A stretch of DNA of 58,531 nt, counting the filler, from Circinaria calcarea (Eukaryota): the NCBI GenBank assembly GCA_051942165.1. It is 6 parts of 6 records of this genome, joined end to end, with 100 filler letters (N's around TTAATTAATTAA, not from the genome) between each part and the next. Parts side by side here need not be neighbours in the genome. Positions count along the whole stretch, not along the records: positions 9,802 to 19,489 come from JAVECS010000897.1; positions 19,590 to 29,262 come from JAVECS010000898.1; 4 more parts are not named here. One strand, given 5' to 3'. The notes under the pieces were generated by a model. It saw nothing but the letters and a program-made list of their open reading frames with translations, did no database searches and had not been told where the DNA came from. Made by a program: the position numbers and the translations under genes. Of the stretch, positions 12,505-24,573 are shown piece by piece; within the stretch, counting starts at the first letter, position 1; every line of letters begins with the position of its first letter.

Positions 12505-13506
12505 TTACCCCAGTGGGCACTATGGTGCCCCCAGGTACTTGACCACGTCGATTCAGTCTCACCCACTGAGGGTATATATATCTGGATATTTGTTGCCTAG
12601 ATAGTCTTGCATGTATTTATTGAGCAGTCTAACTGTTGGTTACCCAATATAATATCGTTTCCGCAATTTCCCCTATATCTCTTACACCTTGCCTGTATCT
12701 TCAGGCGCGCTCTCTCTCATCCTGCTCTTCTGACATATGAATCACTGGTCGGTTATGAGCCGGCCGTAGATCCAATGCCGGTGGTGGGACATCTTCCGGT
12801 CGTAACGGCAAGTATTAATGGTGCATATGGGGTGAAAAGGCTTGGTGAAAGTATATTGAGAAAGCTCAAAAGTATAAGCAAAAGTTCGTGGCGAAATCAA
12901 ACAATACAACACTAGAGGGACCCTCATATATATATCACCGCTGGAGGCCAGACACCACTTCTTGCAATCCTTCACATCACCGCAGAGACCGACTCGAGTA
13001 ACGATCGATAACTCCTCTGTATACCATCGTTTCTGCCTTCTCTAGCAAGCATGTGCCAGCGGGTTTTGCGGCAGGATAGATACGTTGATTGTTCGAAGCC
13101 TTCACCCGAACACGGTTGGTGAAGCTGAATACCGTTATGGTAATGGTACGATCATCCTTTGACCTCGACCGGTTCCAAGTCTGGATTCAGGGTCGAAGTA
13201 GGCAACGTCTCGAGCTCTGAACAAGGGTGGCTTTGCCGGAGCAGCGGCAGAGTATTAGTAAAGGGAGACAGCGGACTTGGACCGAGAAGAAAAACCAGTC
13301 ATCTATATTTCTATCGCTGGCTCCCAAGCAAGTCTAGCTACTGCTCTTCCTCTCCCGAGGAGCATTCAAAGGTTCAACTCCTGGATCTGATATTTTAATG
13401 ATGACGAAGAAATAGATAGCTTCATTTCCAGCTGGAATTATCCGTAATTATGTGTGTATGATGTGCATGGCTCATCATCAAACTTGCCAAATTTCGTATC
13501 GAATCC

Positions 13507-14480
13507 TTACTCCTCTTCCGACTCGTCCGAATCTTCCGACTCTCCCGAAATTCTTGAAGTATCAACAGGACTCAGCTCTCTTGAGGGCTCGACAGATATC
13601 CATTGCGACCCCGGGGTCGATACCGTGTTAGCAAACGCTGACATCGCTTGACCTATTTCTTCTCTATGTTGGCACATCAAGTACCAAAGGTATAATAACT
13701 CGAATGTATGGTTATCAACTTCCTCCCTTTGAATTCCCCTAAATATCTCCTCTCTATTATAGATAGCAAAGACCTTGCCTTTATAAGGCCCAAATCGTAT
13801 ACTAGAGATATTTCTTTCGGTCTGATCGACGGGCGAGTCTTTCACTCTCTCAAGCTCGTGTATATGATCCGATTTTTGCTTAAGCCATCCTCTTTCCGTG
13901 ATCTCTTCGACGGTCAACGAAAGGCTAAATTTTCGAGCCAATGTGATTAAATAGGGAAAGGTCGTTGCCATTCTTACCTTGCGCACCCGCGCCAGCCAGT
14001 GTACTTGAGAGATTTTGGGGTTCTGCCTCCACGCATCACCCTCTTCCCATGCCTTCATAGCAACATCAAGTTTAGCTCGTAGTTCCTTGTTGATATCCGT
14101 GAAACTGGCGTTAACTATATCGGCTGCTTCCGGGTCTAGATGACATAAGACATCGGTATGATAGTTGGGGGGTAGTTCGAGAATTGGTTCGTTAAACCAC
14201 TTGGACTGCTCATCGCGTCGAATCCATAACTGGATGATGATATGTTGTAAGATGGTGGCATGGTTCAAATAGCCAAGGTGAAGATAGGGAAATTATTTAG
14301 GAGATGTAATTAGAAGTTGAAATTGATAGATATTCCATCTATTCCCATTGTAAAAAAGATGATCCGTGTGTTTAATGGTCGGGATCTTATCGCAAATTTG
14401 AAAGTCGTTGTATTCGGAGGTATAACTTGCGTAGAAGAAGAAAATCCCTCTGTGGCCGCGCGGTCCTGCTATACCAGTAT
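13507..14480 (-). pseudogene. SNF2-family helicase-like relic
   Basis: QLWIRRDEQSKWFNEPILELPP resembles the SNF2 'MLRR..G.PI..LPP' segment, followed by ATTFPYL (HP.L-like). The upstream frame is broken by TAA stops in AT-rich sequence. Confidence 0.4.
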
Positions 14481-15112
14481 TCTTTTTTAGGGGGGCGGGG
14501 GAACTATAGTAATCGATTAAAAGAAAGATTGACAGCCTCTTCTAATCTACGCCTCATTTCTATTCTTCGGAGAAGATAATTCCTGGTGCCCGGTCGTTTA
14601 TCCGGTGATATAGTCGGCTTACCGGTGGACCTATTAGCAGCAATCAATAAATCCCACGGCGGCCCTGGTATTGGTAGTGCTGGTGATCTTGGTGGAAAAT
14701 ATAAAGGGCGTGGCCGAGGAAACTGAGACCAGTGTGGAGAACGACTTCTTGTATAAACGACGTGCCAGGCGTGTAGAAGGATATTTAGATGAAGAGGATG
14801 GGATGCGGGCCCAGCGTCTGGAGAGACATCTGGATATCCTAATCAATACCATAACAGTGAAGGACCCTCTCATATATATATCACAGCAGGCCAATAACAT
14901 AAAACTTTGAGAATATAAATCCTGTCTTAAGGAACTCGAATCATAGGTAATAGGAATGGAGCACCTTCAGTCATCATTGTCTTTCAGCGGCAACGACGTT
15001 CGCACACCAGTCTCGAACGATTAGATGCTGGTGGGAGGTTTGATTTGGCCTGCCACGAAAAGAATTAAGGGGGAAATGTTGGGGAAACTTATACCTCTGA
15101 CTCCAACCCAAA

Positions 15113-15252
15113 TTCATCCATCACAATCACTTCATCCCGCACATAACAATTATTTCATCCCGCATCACAATCACTTCACCCATCTATTACAATCCCTTCA
15201 TCCCGCACTTCACAATCCCTTCGTCCCGCACTTCAAAATCCCTTCATCGCGC
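15113..15252. repeat. Minisatellite, ~6-7 degenerate copies of a ~21-23 bp unit
   Basis: Consensus TTCATCCCGCACTTCACAATCCC, repeated in tandem. Confidence 0.8.
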
Positions 15253-15490
15253 CCAAACCCCAATCTCTATTGATGAGCTCCCAATAACGATTCTAGTTTA
15301 TCTGCGGCGTAAAGCTTGCTCTACAACCTGCATCTAAAGCGCATTGGCAAACGCAAGATTTCTCATATGGGTCTCCTTGTCTACATAGTAAGGAGGCCAG
15401 AGCCACGGGTAATCTAATTATAAAGAAATAGACTCGGCGTAATTATTGAATGCATGGGGCCGTACATAGGTTTGACCTAGTGTTGGTGGA

Positions 15491-16920
15491 TTAAACATGG
15501 GCCCAACCGTTGGAGACCAAGACCTGCATCTCATTGATCAAACAGTAAAACCCAGGCTCATGTCGATCTTCCACGCTCCCCTTGCTCCACTTCTTAATTC
15601 TTCCTCGAACAAGCCACGCCTTATGGGAAGTGAAGGTCGACCAGCGGCGAAAGCGGTTCTTCCATATGCCGCTTATCTTGGTAGCGGTTGACGGCCAACA
15701 GGACGATGGTGTATGAACCGATTTATAGGCATCAATGCTGTAGCCTACACGTACCTGTGGATTTAGCCATACACCTTGGTCGTACGTTAACGGATTGTCA
15801 GCGTGGATGAGACAGCACTCGGAACCTTCGAGATGCTGGGCTGCGAGAGAATCGGAGATCCCACGGAAGCGAAGCGGAGAGATGCTATTGTAGAACGGTC
15901 GGGCATCGAAGGCAGCTGTTATCTGGTCAGAATCCTTTCAGTTGGCAGGACCATATTGGGAAAGACCCGGAACTCGAAGTTCAACAAGAAAAGCACATGT
16001 ACATGTAACGTGAGGTTGGTAACAGATCAACTTACCAATGCCATTCCAGCAACTTTGGACCGGCACGGGTTGTCCAGAAATCATAGCATTCCTAGATGCT
16101 CTGGATCTGAAGTAGGGAAAAGTTGACATTAGGGGCTCGTGGCCTTCAGAATCCCTCAGAACAAATGTATCATAATATCCTGGAGGGTGCATGAAATCCA
16201 TAGAGCATGCAGCCGCATAATTGCCTTGACGGGTATCTAAGAGAGTCATGATATCTTGGGTCTAAGTCACTGTATTAGTGACGGCGTTCTCCATAACCCG
16301 GACGTATGTAATATGCATACTGTAAAATAGACATCATTCAGGAAGAGGACTTTATCGAATCTGATACCGTTCAAGGCCAGGTTGATCATTGGTTTCAAGG
16401 ACAGGTTCCGCAAGTTCGCCAGGTAGGGTATACGCCTCAATTCTTTCTTCCCTCTCAGAGTGTCGATCCATCCTGTTTCGGCGGGAGACTTTGCAATCTC
16501 ATCAACATGGGTGGTTTCGCCAAGGACGATAGTTCGCTGAACCCCCAGTCGCGCCAGATCCTGATCCAGCAGGCTCAGAGCACCTTTGGAATCGTCCCAG
16601 CTGCCACTCTCGTAGATCGATACGTAGACATTCTCAGGGCCAACATGCTGTGCGAGTTCTAGGACAGCTTTGTTCCAGAAGTCCAGCAGCTTTACTTCAT
16701 TATTCCAGTGTGTGCTGGCTATGAAAATCTTAGGGGTTTTTCCTGAGTTTTCTGGCACAGTGAAACATGATTGGCCCGAGAAATTCTGTAGCAGTAAAAG
16801 TAAATCAACGATAATCAATGCACAGAACGCAAGGAGAGAAGATCTGATATATCGAGCTCGTACACCACGGCGGCGAAAGGAATGCCGGAGCAGTTCCAGC
16901 CATGAGGCTGAAGGCTTCAT
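15491..16920 (-). CDS. Glycosyltransferase family 69 (CAP59/Cmt1-like alpha-1,3-mannosyltransferase), 3 exons
   Basis: N-terminal TM, KIFIASTHWNNE, VSIYESGSWDDS, RRIPYLANLRNLSL, KVLFLNDVYFT|TQD (intron 16262-16320), AACSMDF, YYDTFVLRD, VQSCWNG, HLEGSECCLIHADNP, and C-terminal EPGFYCLINEMQVLVSNGWAHV*. Confidence 0.9.
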
Positions 16921-17377
16921 GTGATCGGCATCACACTGCGACCATGTATACCTGAAAGGTAATGTGTTTGCCTTTGGCCTACCTATCGAATGTTGCGGGA
17001 GTTCATGACAAAATAGACAATAATGGGAAAATGCTAAGATAGCTACCATATTGCGTGCGCAAGGATGAGCCAGCAACGGAACTCGTGCCAAGACCTGTGG
17101 ATGGCAATGCCTTGAATGTAATTCGACTGTCATCACCTATCTAGAACACAAACCTCAATCATTCATGACCACAAAGGTGGTGATACTGATGTATCCAACT
17201 CAATCTGGATACATTACGGAAACATAACGGATATCTACCTACAGCTCTTCTATCAACATGTATGGGGGCTCGGATTTGGCTAATGTCAATGCAACCAAGT
17301 GATGGAGCATGTTGACAAGTACGCAGGCGGACGCCTGGAATTTTTACTATGTATAAATCACACACGAACGTTGGAAG

Positions 17378-18640
17378 ATGGTGGTATCATTTGGCTTCAG
17401 TATTGGAAATGTAATCTCAGGTGTCGGATTGGTGAAGGACATTATCAAAGCTCTGCAAGATACAAATGGGGGCGGTCGCCGAACTGTCGCAAGCTCAATA
17501 CTGAGCTTGGAGCTTTCTCCACGCCATTATACAGAATCAAGAACTTGCAACTGAGCAACGCTCGAGACAGGCAAGAGATCTCCGCACTTAGCCAGGCGGT
17601 CGCAGGACGTCAATCGTGTCTGGAATCTTTCCTAGAAAAGACCAAGAAGTTTCAAGGGCTGGCAGATCCAGCGAGTTTACTAAAGGATCAGCTTCCCAGG
17701 GTTTAGTGGACATTTTGCCGCATGGACGATAGAGCCGTTGAAGATCACAGCTTGGTCTACATACTTCTGCAATTACTATACCGCTAGCTACTATCCAACT
17801 GTGAGTTCTGCCGAACTTTGGAGAATAATTCTAACTAACTGTCTGTTCAGGTCTCGAGCAAGTGTTAAAGAGCAAGAAGATGCTCAAAACCAGAGGGCAT
17901 TGGTAGGTCGACTGAAACCACTGCGAGACATCCAAAAGTCGCTAGATCAGTCGACCAAGCTATCTCCGAGCAAGCCCAACCCCTCTCTATTATCAAATTA
18001 TTGATTCACAGTATATTATAGCCGGCACCCGGGTTACCATACGTCCATTGCAGCTCAGAGGAGCTCCAGTCAAGGAGAATATTACCGTCCGAAAAGAACT
18101 TATGCAAGCTATGGAAGCAAGCCTCCTCCTCCTGCCTAAAGATCGCCAACGAAGAGCTGTCTTCTACGGGCTTGGTGAGCTGGGAAGTCGCTATGAAGCC
18201 GCAGCTCGCACGGGAATACGTTATCAAATTCCAGGCGAGATAGACTGCGATTTTCTGGTTGAATGGCAGATCAGAGAGCCTGTTGGAAGATCCATTTCGC
18301 AGGTAGTGGCCAGAATCCCAAGAGGAAAGGCCGACGTAGGCGCGATGAATCCGGATCAGGTCAACAGTTCAACACGAGTCAGAAGCTGAAGTGTGTCCGT
18401 GCCAGTTCAGCCTGAACTGGTCAGCCAGGAAGGTAATAACCAATGGCTTATTATCGTGGATATTTTGGACAAGCAGCTGCATGGCACAGTTCTTGTCACT
18501 AGTCGTCTTGCTTTTCTAGCCATTCAGATCGGAGCCAGAGTTATTCCAGTATTCAATGCAACCTTGCATGAGTCTTTGGATATCATAGCGAATCCGCGGG
18601 CCAGAGCTGGAGGAGTTCCAAATTCACCAACGCCGTAGGT
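17378..18640 (+). pseudogene. NLR-like (STAND) pseudogene: HeLo-like N-terminal domain + NB-ARC NTPase
   Basis: MVVSFGFSIGNVISGVGLVKDIIKALQDTNG, ..LESFLEKTKKFQ..RV*WTFCRMDD, GT-AG intron ~17801-17850, degenerate P-loop AVFYGLGELG/KPQLAREY, AIFWLNGRSE, Walker B NNQWLIIVDILD, HGTVLVTSRL. Several frameshifts and stops. Confidence 0.72.
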
Positions 18641-19489
18641 TTACGCTTATGTTTCGGTTTTTGCCCTCGGAAGCCCATCATTCATAAGATCGACTGCATG
18701 CGATATTGATTCAGTGAGGTTTACAGAAGCCTCCTGCCCTCCGCATGAGGTGTGCAAACCCCTTTTTCTCAAAAGTTTTTAATTATCTGCTTCTTCCCGA
18801 CTATAAGACTGCCAGTATCTTTCCAGACATTTGGATCAGAGAGTTAAGGACGAGCCAGGTAATTCTTTCACAATGACTCAAATCAGCCCTTACTACTGCA
18901 AACGCTCTACACTCAGCTGACGGATGCTTCCAAGCGCCTCCAATTTCCCTCTGCTGAAATACTACGAAGGGATCCCCCCTTATCCACGTTCGCTACTGCT
19001 AGTGTTGGCAATAGCCTGCTCGTCTGGAATAAGATGGACTGGCTGCCTTAAGGCTTCGTGGGCGGAATTGCAGGTTTTGGTAAATGCAGTCCTGGCTTGG
19101 ACATGATCTGCCATATTAGCCCAAGACTTGGATCATGTGCTGTGAGCCTCAAATCAACATCATCAATCTTGCCAATCTGGAGAGCTCAAGCTTTGGATTG
19201 TAATCTACGCACTCCGACTATCAGCTCTACATGGACACTCTAGTCCAGCCCTGTTTTCTACGCGGTCCAGTCCAGTCCAGTCCAGCTCAGCAGCATCTCA
19301 ACCAGGGATGTCACTCGGCATCTTATTCAAGAATTGCTTCCAACCCCTCTCGTGGTAACATCTCGCGTACCAATTTCGACATTCCTCGGGCTGAATAACT
19401 TGACAAGGAATTCCGACACTACTACAGATGGCTTCCAAGCCGATTTCCTCGGCGACGCGTACCCATTCATGGGCTTTTACGTGCAGGCT

Positions 19490-19589
19490 NNNNNNNNNNN
19501 NNNNNNNNNNNNNNNNNNNNNNNNNNNNNNNNNTTAATTAATTAANNNNNNNNNNNNNNNNNNNNNNNNNNNNNNNNNNNNNNNNNNNN
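19490..19589. other. Artificial contig linker
   Basis: N44-TTAATTAATTAA-N44. Confidence 0.98.
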
Positions 19590-19881
19590 CCCTCTTATTT
19601 ATCCACCCCCTATCCACTTAACCTAACCCAACTCATCCCATCCCATCCCAACCTAAACCCCTACCTATCCCCAAACTCCCCAATAATCCGTAATACTTTT
19701 CTTACCCGAAAACCTCCCTCCCCCAATTCATTCTCATTTTCATTTTCATTCTCATGCCACTGCACTGCACATTTTTTACTTTTTCTCCGGCCCCGGAGAG
19801 AGCTGGGGAGAAGAAAAAAAAAAGGAGGAAAAGGAACAATGACAAATGACGAAAAATGAATGATTTGATTACTATAAGAAA

Positions 19882-19925
19882 ACGAGGGCGAGGGCGAGGG
19901 CGAGGGTGAGGGCGAGGTGGGAGGT
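19882..19925. repeat. (GAGGGC)n hexanucleotide microsatellite
   Basis: CGAGGGCGAGGGCGAGGGCGAGGGTGAGGGCGAGG. Confidence 0.85.
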
Positions 19926-20959
19926 GGAGATGAAGGTGCGTGTCGCTACCGTAGACCAAAACAACAACAATTCCGGGCTCATACCATAGATCTTTTTTAG
20001 TGAAGACGAGACGAGACCGATAGACCAAAATGAAATTTCACCTATCAATATCCCACGTACGGTAAAGTAATCAGGGCGCCTATTTACCGGTACCTAGATT
20101 GAACTCGCCCTCGAATCAGCTACTGGAGCTTTCCAAGTCAAGGGAGGGGAGACCTTGGGCTTTTCTCTCTCTCTCTCCCTCTCTCTCTATATATATAGAA
20201 TCCTTGAGTTTTAAGTATATGGTATCGCCGCATTACTCTCACGCTAAGGCTCATTTCGGCCATACGCTTCCTTGGTGCTCCCCCTGCTCCCTCACTGCTC
20301 CCCGTGCTCCCCCAGTGCTCCCCTGCAACGCCTTCTTGCTACCTCGCTGCTCCCTCGTGCTCTCATATTGCTCGCCCTTCGCTCTGGAGCCTGAGCAACG
20401 TTAGACAATGCGCAGCCCAAATTGGATGCTGATTACAGAAAAGCTAATTCCAGCCATACTGTCAAGTGGGTGTCCAGAAAATTCAGACACCCGAAGTGAT
20501 CACCTTTAGGCTCATGTGCCCCAGAAGCCGCGCTGAAAAGCACTTAAAGTTTAAGGTTCATATCACTAGGGATGTCTGGACACGCTAGAAAGGCGGTTCA
20601 AATTTTGATATTTAAATAAATCACCTATCTTTCATCATTAAGCGTCTGCATCGTTGCCACAGCAGGCTGTGAGCTTCATAGTCACCGGGTTGTTTGATCT
20701 TACAGGTCTAGCTCATTTAACTTGCCTGCCTATATTTTACCCTACTTTTAGGCGCCAATGTAAATTCGAGGACCTTGTTAGGCAACAGCCGTTGTGGGAT
20801 TCACGTTGCGCCTCCTTGCTCCCTTGCTGCGCCCCCTGGTCTCTCAATGCTCTCTCAATGCTCTCTCTAAAGCGGCGCTGCTCCCTTGACCGAACAGAAA
20901 CAGTAATCCGAGATCCTAAGTTCGGGGGTGCCGACGTAGGAGGTAGAGGGAATGGGAGG

Positions 20960-21335
20960 ACGGTGGATGTCCCAGGGGGAGCTGTGTTTCCAAAGTATGG
21001 ATCAGTCAAGACTTAGATCTAGGTGAAAATGGTAGACAAGGATTATTGGACTGACCCACTTGCGTAAAAGCCATAGGACTGATAATTCTGTTTGCTGGGA
21101 TCATCCGGTGGCCCCGCATACTGACCTTGCAGCGCTATGGAAGTGGCCGCCATTTTCGCGACAGGGTCAGGCACCTCATGTTCTAGTCCAGACGAATTAT
21201 AGACTTTGCTGATATTGACTGGGCACTTGTAGAATGCGGGTGCTTCTGAAATGCCTATTGGAAATCCCGAAGGGTTTTTGTACGCCCACATGTACACGCA
21301 GCAAGGGCCGCAGCTCAGTATTGCTGATAAGTGTG
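20960..21335 (-). pseudogene. Internal fragment of a conserved-looking fungal hypothetical gene, abutting the kinase stop
   Basis: SCGPCCVYMWAYKNP..PAFYKCPVNISKVYNSSGLEHEVPDPVAKMAATSIALQGQY..YGFYASG, then a GTCAGT..CTGA..CACAG intron and SPWDIH. No convincing start or end. Confidence 0.4.
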
Positions 21336-21338
21336 GTG

Positions 21339-24318
21339 TCATGGGTTCTGGAGGCAGAAAATCCTAAGCTCACGCTTCTTCCGCATCGCGATGTATTGCC
21401 CAGAATTCGAAAGCCAGTATTCGTCAAACTTTCCAGCAGCCAGAGAGCAGACGACATTGCCATTTTTAACATCCACACATACGACTTCGTTATCGATCGA
21501 CTTAACCTTTCCCCGCCCAAACTTTCCTAGAATAGCTCGAGCAGGGTTTTGCAGGGTTGCTGCGAATTTGAGGTTGGCGGAAAATATTGTTTTTTCGATT
21601 TCGAGGTCGAAGGATTCGGAAGGGAAAAGGCCGATCGAGGCCAGTTGCGTTCGAGAGTGCAAGTCGTGTAAAATCAGAGTTCTTTTGGATTTCTCCCACA
21701 ATGCCGCGACCCACTTATCATCCCATGATGTAAACGCTAGGCGCGGATATCTGACCACGATATCCCATGGCTCCATCCAAGCTCGTCGCCCTTTGTCGAA
21801 CTTCTCGTCACAACTGGTCGTGGCCCACTGTATGATGTTCTGATCGGTGTTATTCGTATAATGATTGACCAAACGGATACGTATGTAATTCTTTCCCTTG
21901 TGAAGGGTTGACCTCTGACTACTAACCGCTAGCTGACGGTTGTCTGGGGAAAAGCCAGCCAGACAGTCAGAATTCCCCACGCTGGCTTGGGTAGGTGGTC
22001 CCCGGACCTTCCCCTGTGCCGTGAGAGACACGATGAATATTAGCTCCTCGAACGAGTCTGATAAGGTAGGTCGACGTCTTGTTACACCAAATGCGACATG
22101 TTTTGAATCGGTAGACACCGCAGCCACGCCAGTAAGGATCGGCTTCATCATATTCTCCGAACGACTAGCAAAGCGATAACCATCTTGTTCTGTTAGTGGC
22201 GGGAAAAGGATATCAAACCGACTTCCACCATTTTGTACGTGGTAGGAAGTTAGATGGGATCTCCAACAGACGAGCAGGTTCTCCCCACTGGGCGCAAAGG
22301 CGAATTTGGGGAAATTAAAGTGCCATTCCGTTTCGGCTGACTCTGGGATCGTTTGAACTTTGTTGCCGGAAGGTAATGCATAAATGGTGATTCTTCGATT
22401 GTCTTCGACGGCGAGATACTTCTCATTGCTTGAAATTATTGCATTGCGTACGTTGGTTATTGGTACTGTCAAGATGGAGTCAGTCCAACCCAGTTTGTTC
22501 ACTTGCTTTACATTGATAGGCTCATCAGCAGCATGATGCAGGCTGTTCACCTCGGCTGGTGTGGAAGCTTCATCACACTGTATCTCGCTTATGCGAAGTT
22601 CCAGCAATGTGGTCAGTTGCTTCAATTGAGAGGTTAACTTGGCTGCAAATTCGTTCAATGGATTAGGATCATCAAGAAAGTTGATGGTTCGATTCATTGT
22701 ATCATGAAGCGATTCTACTTGAGAACGATCGGCAAAGAACCTTGATTGCTTTATGCGAGGATCAAGATTCGTCGTTGTGTCGTCTCTGGTTATTAGAAGA
22801 TCAGCCAGGTGACGGAACTTCTCCCATTCCATGATTGTCTCGGTGTCATCAACCCGCCACTTGATAGACCTGAAAGCTGCATTCAAAGTCAAGTAGCAAG
22901 CTTCAAAAGAGATAGCGCTGAAGCCTAGGGTGATTTGACTAGCCTTTAGTCGTTCTTCCAGTTGGACAACTAACATCTGACGGATCAACGCCACAGATTT
23001 TGAGATGAGGCCGTCATGAGCATTGGCCATCTCATTCAACCTTCTATCCACGGCTGGATTGAGAGATCTTCTGTGGAAGAAGGTTCGTGTCGTCAGAAAT
23101 CCCTGCTTTACAGAGCGCGACTCTCGAAATTGTGCAAGAGAATCGCCTCCTTCAGCCATGAAAATGAGTATTTCAAGCAAGATACAGCCTAATGACCATA
23201 CATCACTCGCTCTGCTGACGATCCCTTTCGAGAAATCCAGCTCAGGGTCCTGGCACTCGGGCGCAAGATAGTGACCCTGGCCCATCTTGAATGGAGTCCG
23301 AGAGTCTTCTGCAGTCTTGAGCTTCGAAAGCCCAAAGTCTGAGAGAATGAACCGCCCTTTGGATACAAGGATGTTCTTTGGTTTCAGGTCGTGGTGGTAT
23401 CCAATCATTTCTCTGCCAAGCACATCGGATTTATACTTGTGCAGTGTTTGCAGTCCGGAAGCCAGTCCAGACATTGCTCCGTAGAACTGTGCATTTCGGG
23501 AGAAGTCTGTGGGCCTGCCGTTTTGAGTAAGTAGGTGTTCCAAGTCGCCTCCTTCGGCGAGAGGCAATAAGAAGTTTGGGATCCCATTGTATGTGTAGGA
23601 TGTTAGGAGTGGAAGAATGCTCGGATGCTCCAGGTGATATAAGTAGGACATAATTTGGTGCTCATTCGATCCAGCTTCAGCCCAGAGGTCGCCATCTCCA
23701 AACCCCTTTCGCAGCTCCTTCCGCACCAAGCGAGCTGGCTAAAACCCATTAGTGTTGTTAATTTCAAATCGACATATACAATACCTGATTCCTGTCTTTG
23801 TCCTTGAATTTGTGGTGACCAGCCGCGATCACAATTTCATAAACATCTCCGAACCCTCCACCTCCAATCCTTCGCGATTCGACGAAAGGAAGCGTCATCT
23901 CCGCCGGTATACTACGATGATGGAGACGGTGAGTGAAGACAGGAGCCATGAAAACCCACTGATACTCGCAGAACTCGCTAGCAATGCTTGGTGACAAAAT
24001 CTTCTCAAGCTCCGACTTTGAGAATGGCAGTGAAGAGTCCAGCTTCTGGATGTCGGACGGCAGATAATGTTCCAAGAGCGCGGCAAGATGCTTCTCTTCC
24101 CGTATCATGATCAGTGTTGCAAAAGCCTTTCGACCGCCTCTCTCGATAGCATGTGTCATCCCTTGCACCGCATAAGGCTCGACATCGCAGTGGTCTGTGA
24201 GTGACTTTCGGATGATCTCTGAAGAGAGCACAGTTGCTAGCGAGCCTTCGGGGACGAACCATCGCCCATCGATGTTGCGGCAGCGGGCGTCCCTGATCTC
24301 GTGACGTATCACATCCAT
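21339..24318 (-). CDS. Ser/Thr protein kinase (~977 aa): N-terminal extension, kinase domain, helical linker, C-terminal WD40/beta-propeller-like region; intron 23739-23784
   Basis: GGGGFGDVY (exon 1), LVRKEL (beta3 Lys), NEHQIM (alphaC Glu), HHDLKPKNILV, SDFGLS, YLAPE, SDVWSLGC. The C-terminal part has repeated propeller-like blades (AFAPSGENL, AVSTDSKHV, GFSPDNRQLAV, IFSANLKF, LSNSGQYIA). The intron GTATTG..ACTAAT..TAG keeps the frame. Confidence 0.92.
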
Positions 24319-24573
24319 TTAATCGGATTTCTACGTGTATACGTTTGTGGATATAGGAGTCATCGACAAGGCTGAGAGCAAATAAGGATGCACCGATCTT
24401 GGCAATGGCGAGACCAATCACATCGCCGACACCCCGCAACAGTCGGTAATTCTGCAGAGGATATAATACAAGGTATCAATCGACAAGGTAATATCTGTTC
24501 GTGCTTCCGCCCGACTGTCTCACCAACTCTGAGCATCTTATCTGTCCCCCAGTTGAACTTCCGAGCCCCAACG
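24319..24573. promoter_or_regulatory. Probable bidirectional promoter (255 bp) between kinase and microprotein genes
   Basis: Head-to-head ATGs at 24318 (-) and 24574 (+); TATA-like GATATAATA near 24460. Confidence 0.55.

Noticed and set aside
12915..14895. Short similarity GGACCCTC..ATATATATATCAC..AGGCCA at ~12918 and ~14862 as LTR or element ends
   Set aside because: Only ~30 bp, partly low-complexity; no TG..CA ends, TSD or retroelement genes.
15113..15252. CRISPR-like array
   Set aside because: Eukaryotic DNA; the units are contiguous and degenerate, with no unique spacers or cas genes.
15560..15590. Apparent frameshift near the GT69 C-terminus
   Set aside because: Recounting the C-run shows the frame is intact through EPGFYCLINEMQV..GWAHV*.
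16921..17136. N-terminal extension of the GT69 ORF given by the ORF track
   Set aside because: It starts at a non-ATG codon; the ATG at 16920 gives a typical type II membrane topology.
17378..24318. NLR pseudogene as a partner of the kinase-CorA module
   Set aside because: Different contigs (linker at 19490-19589); adjacency is an artefact.
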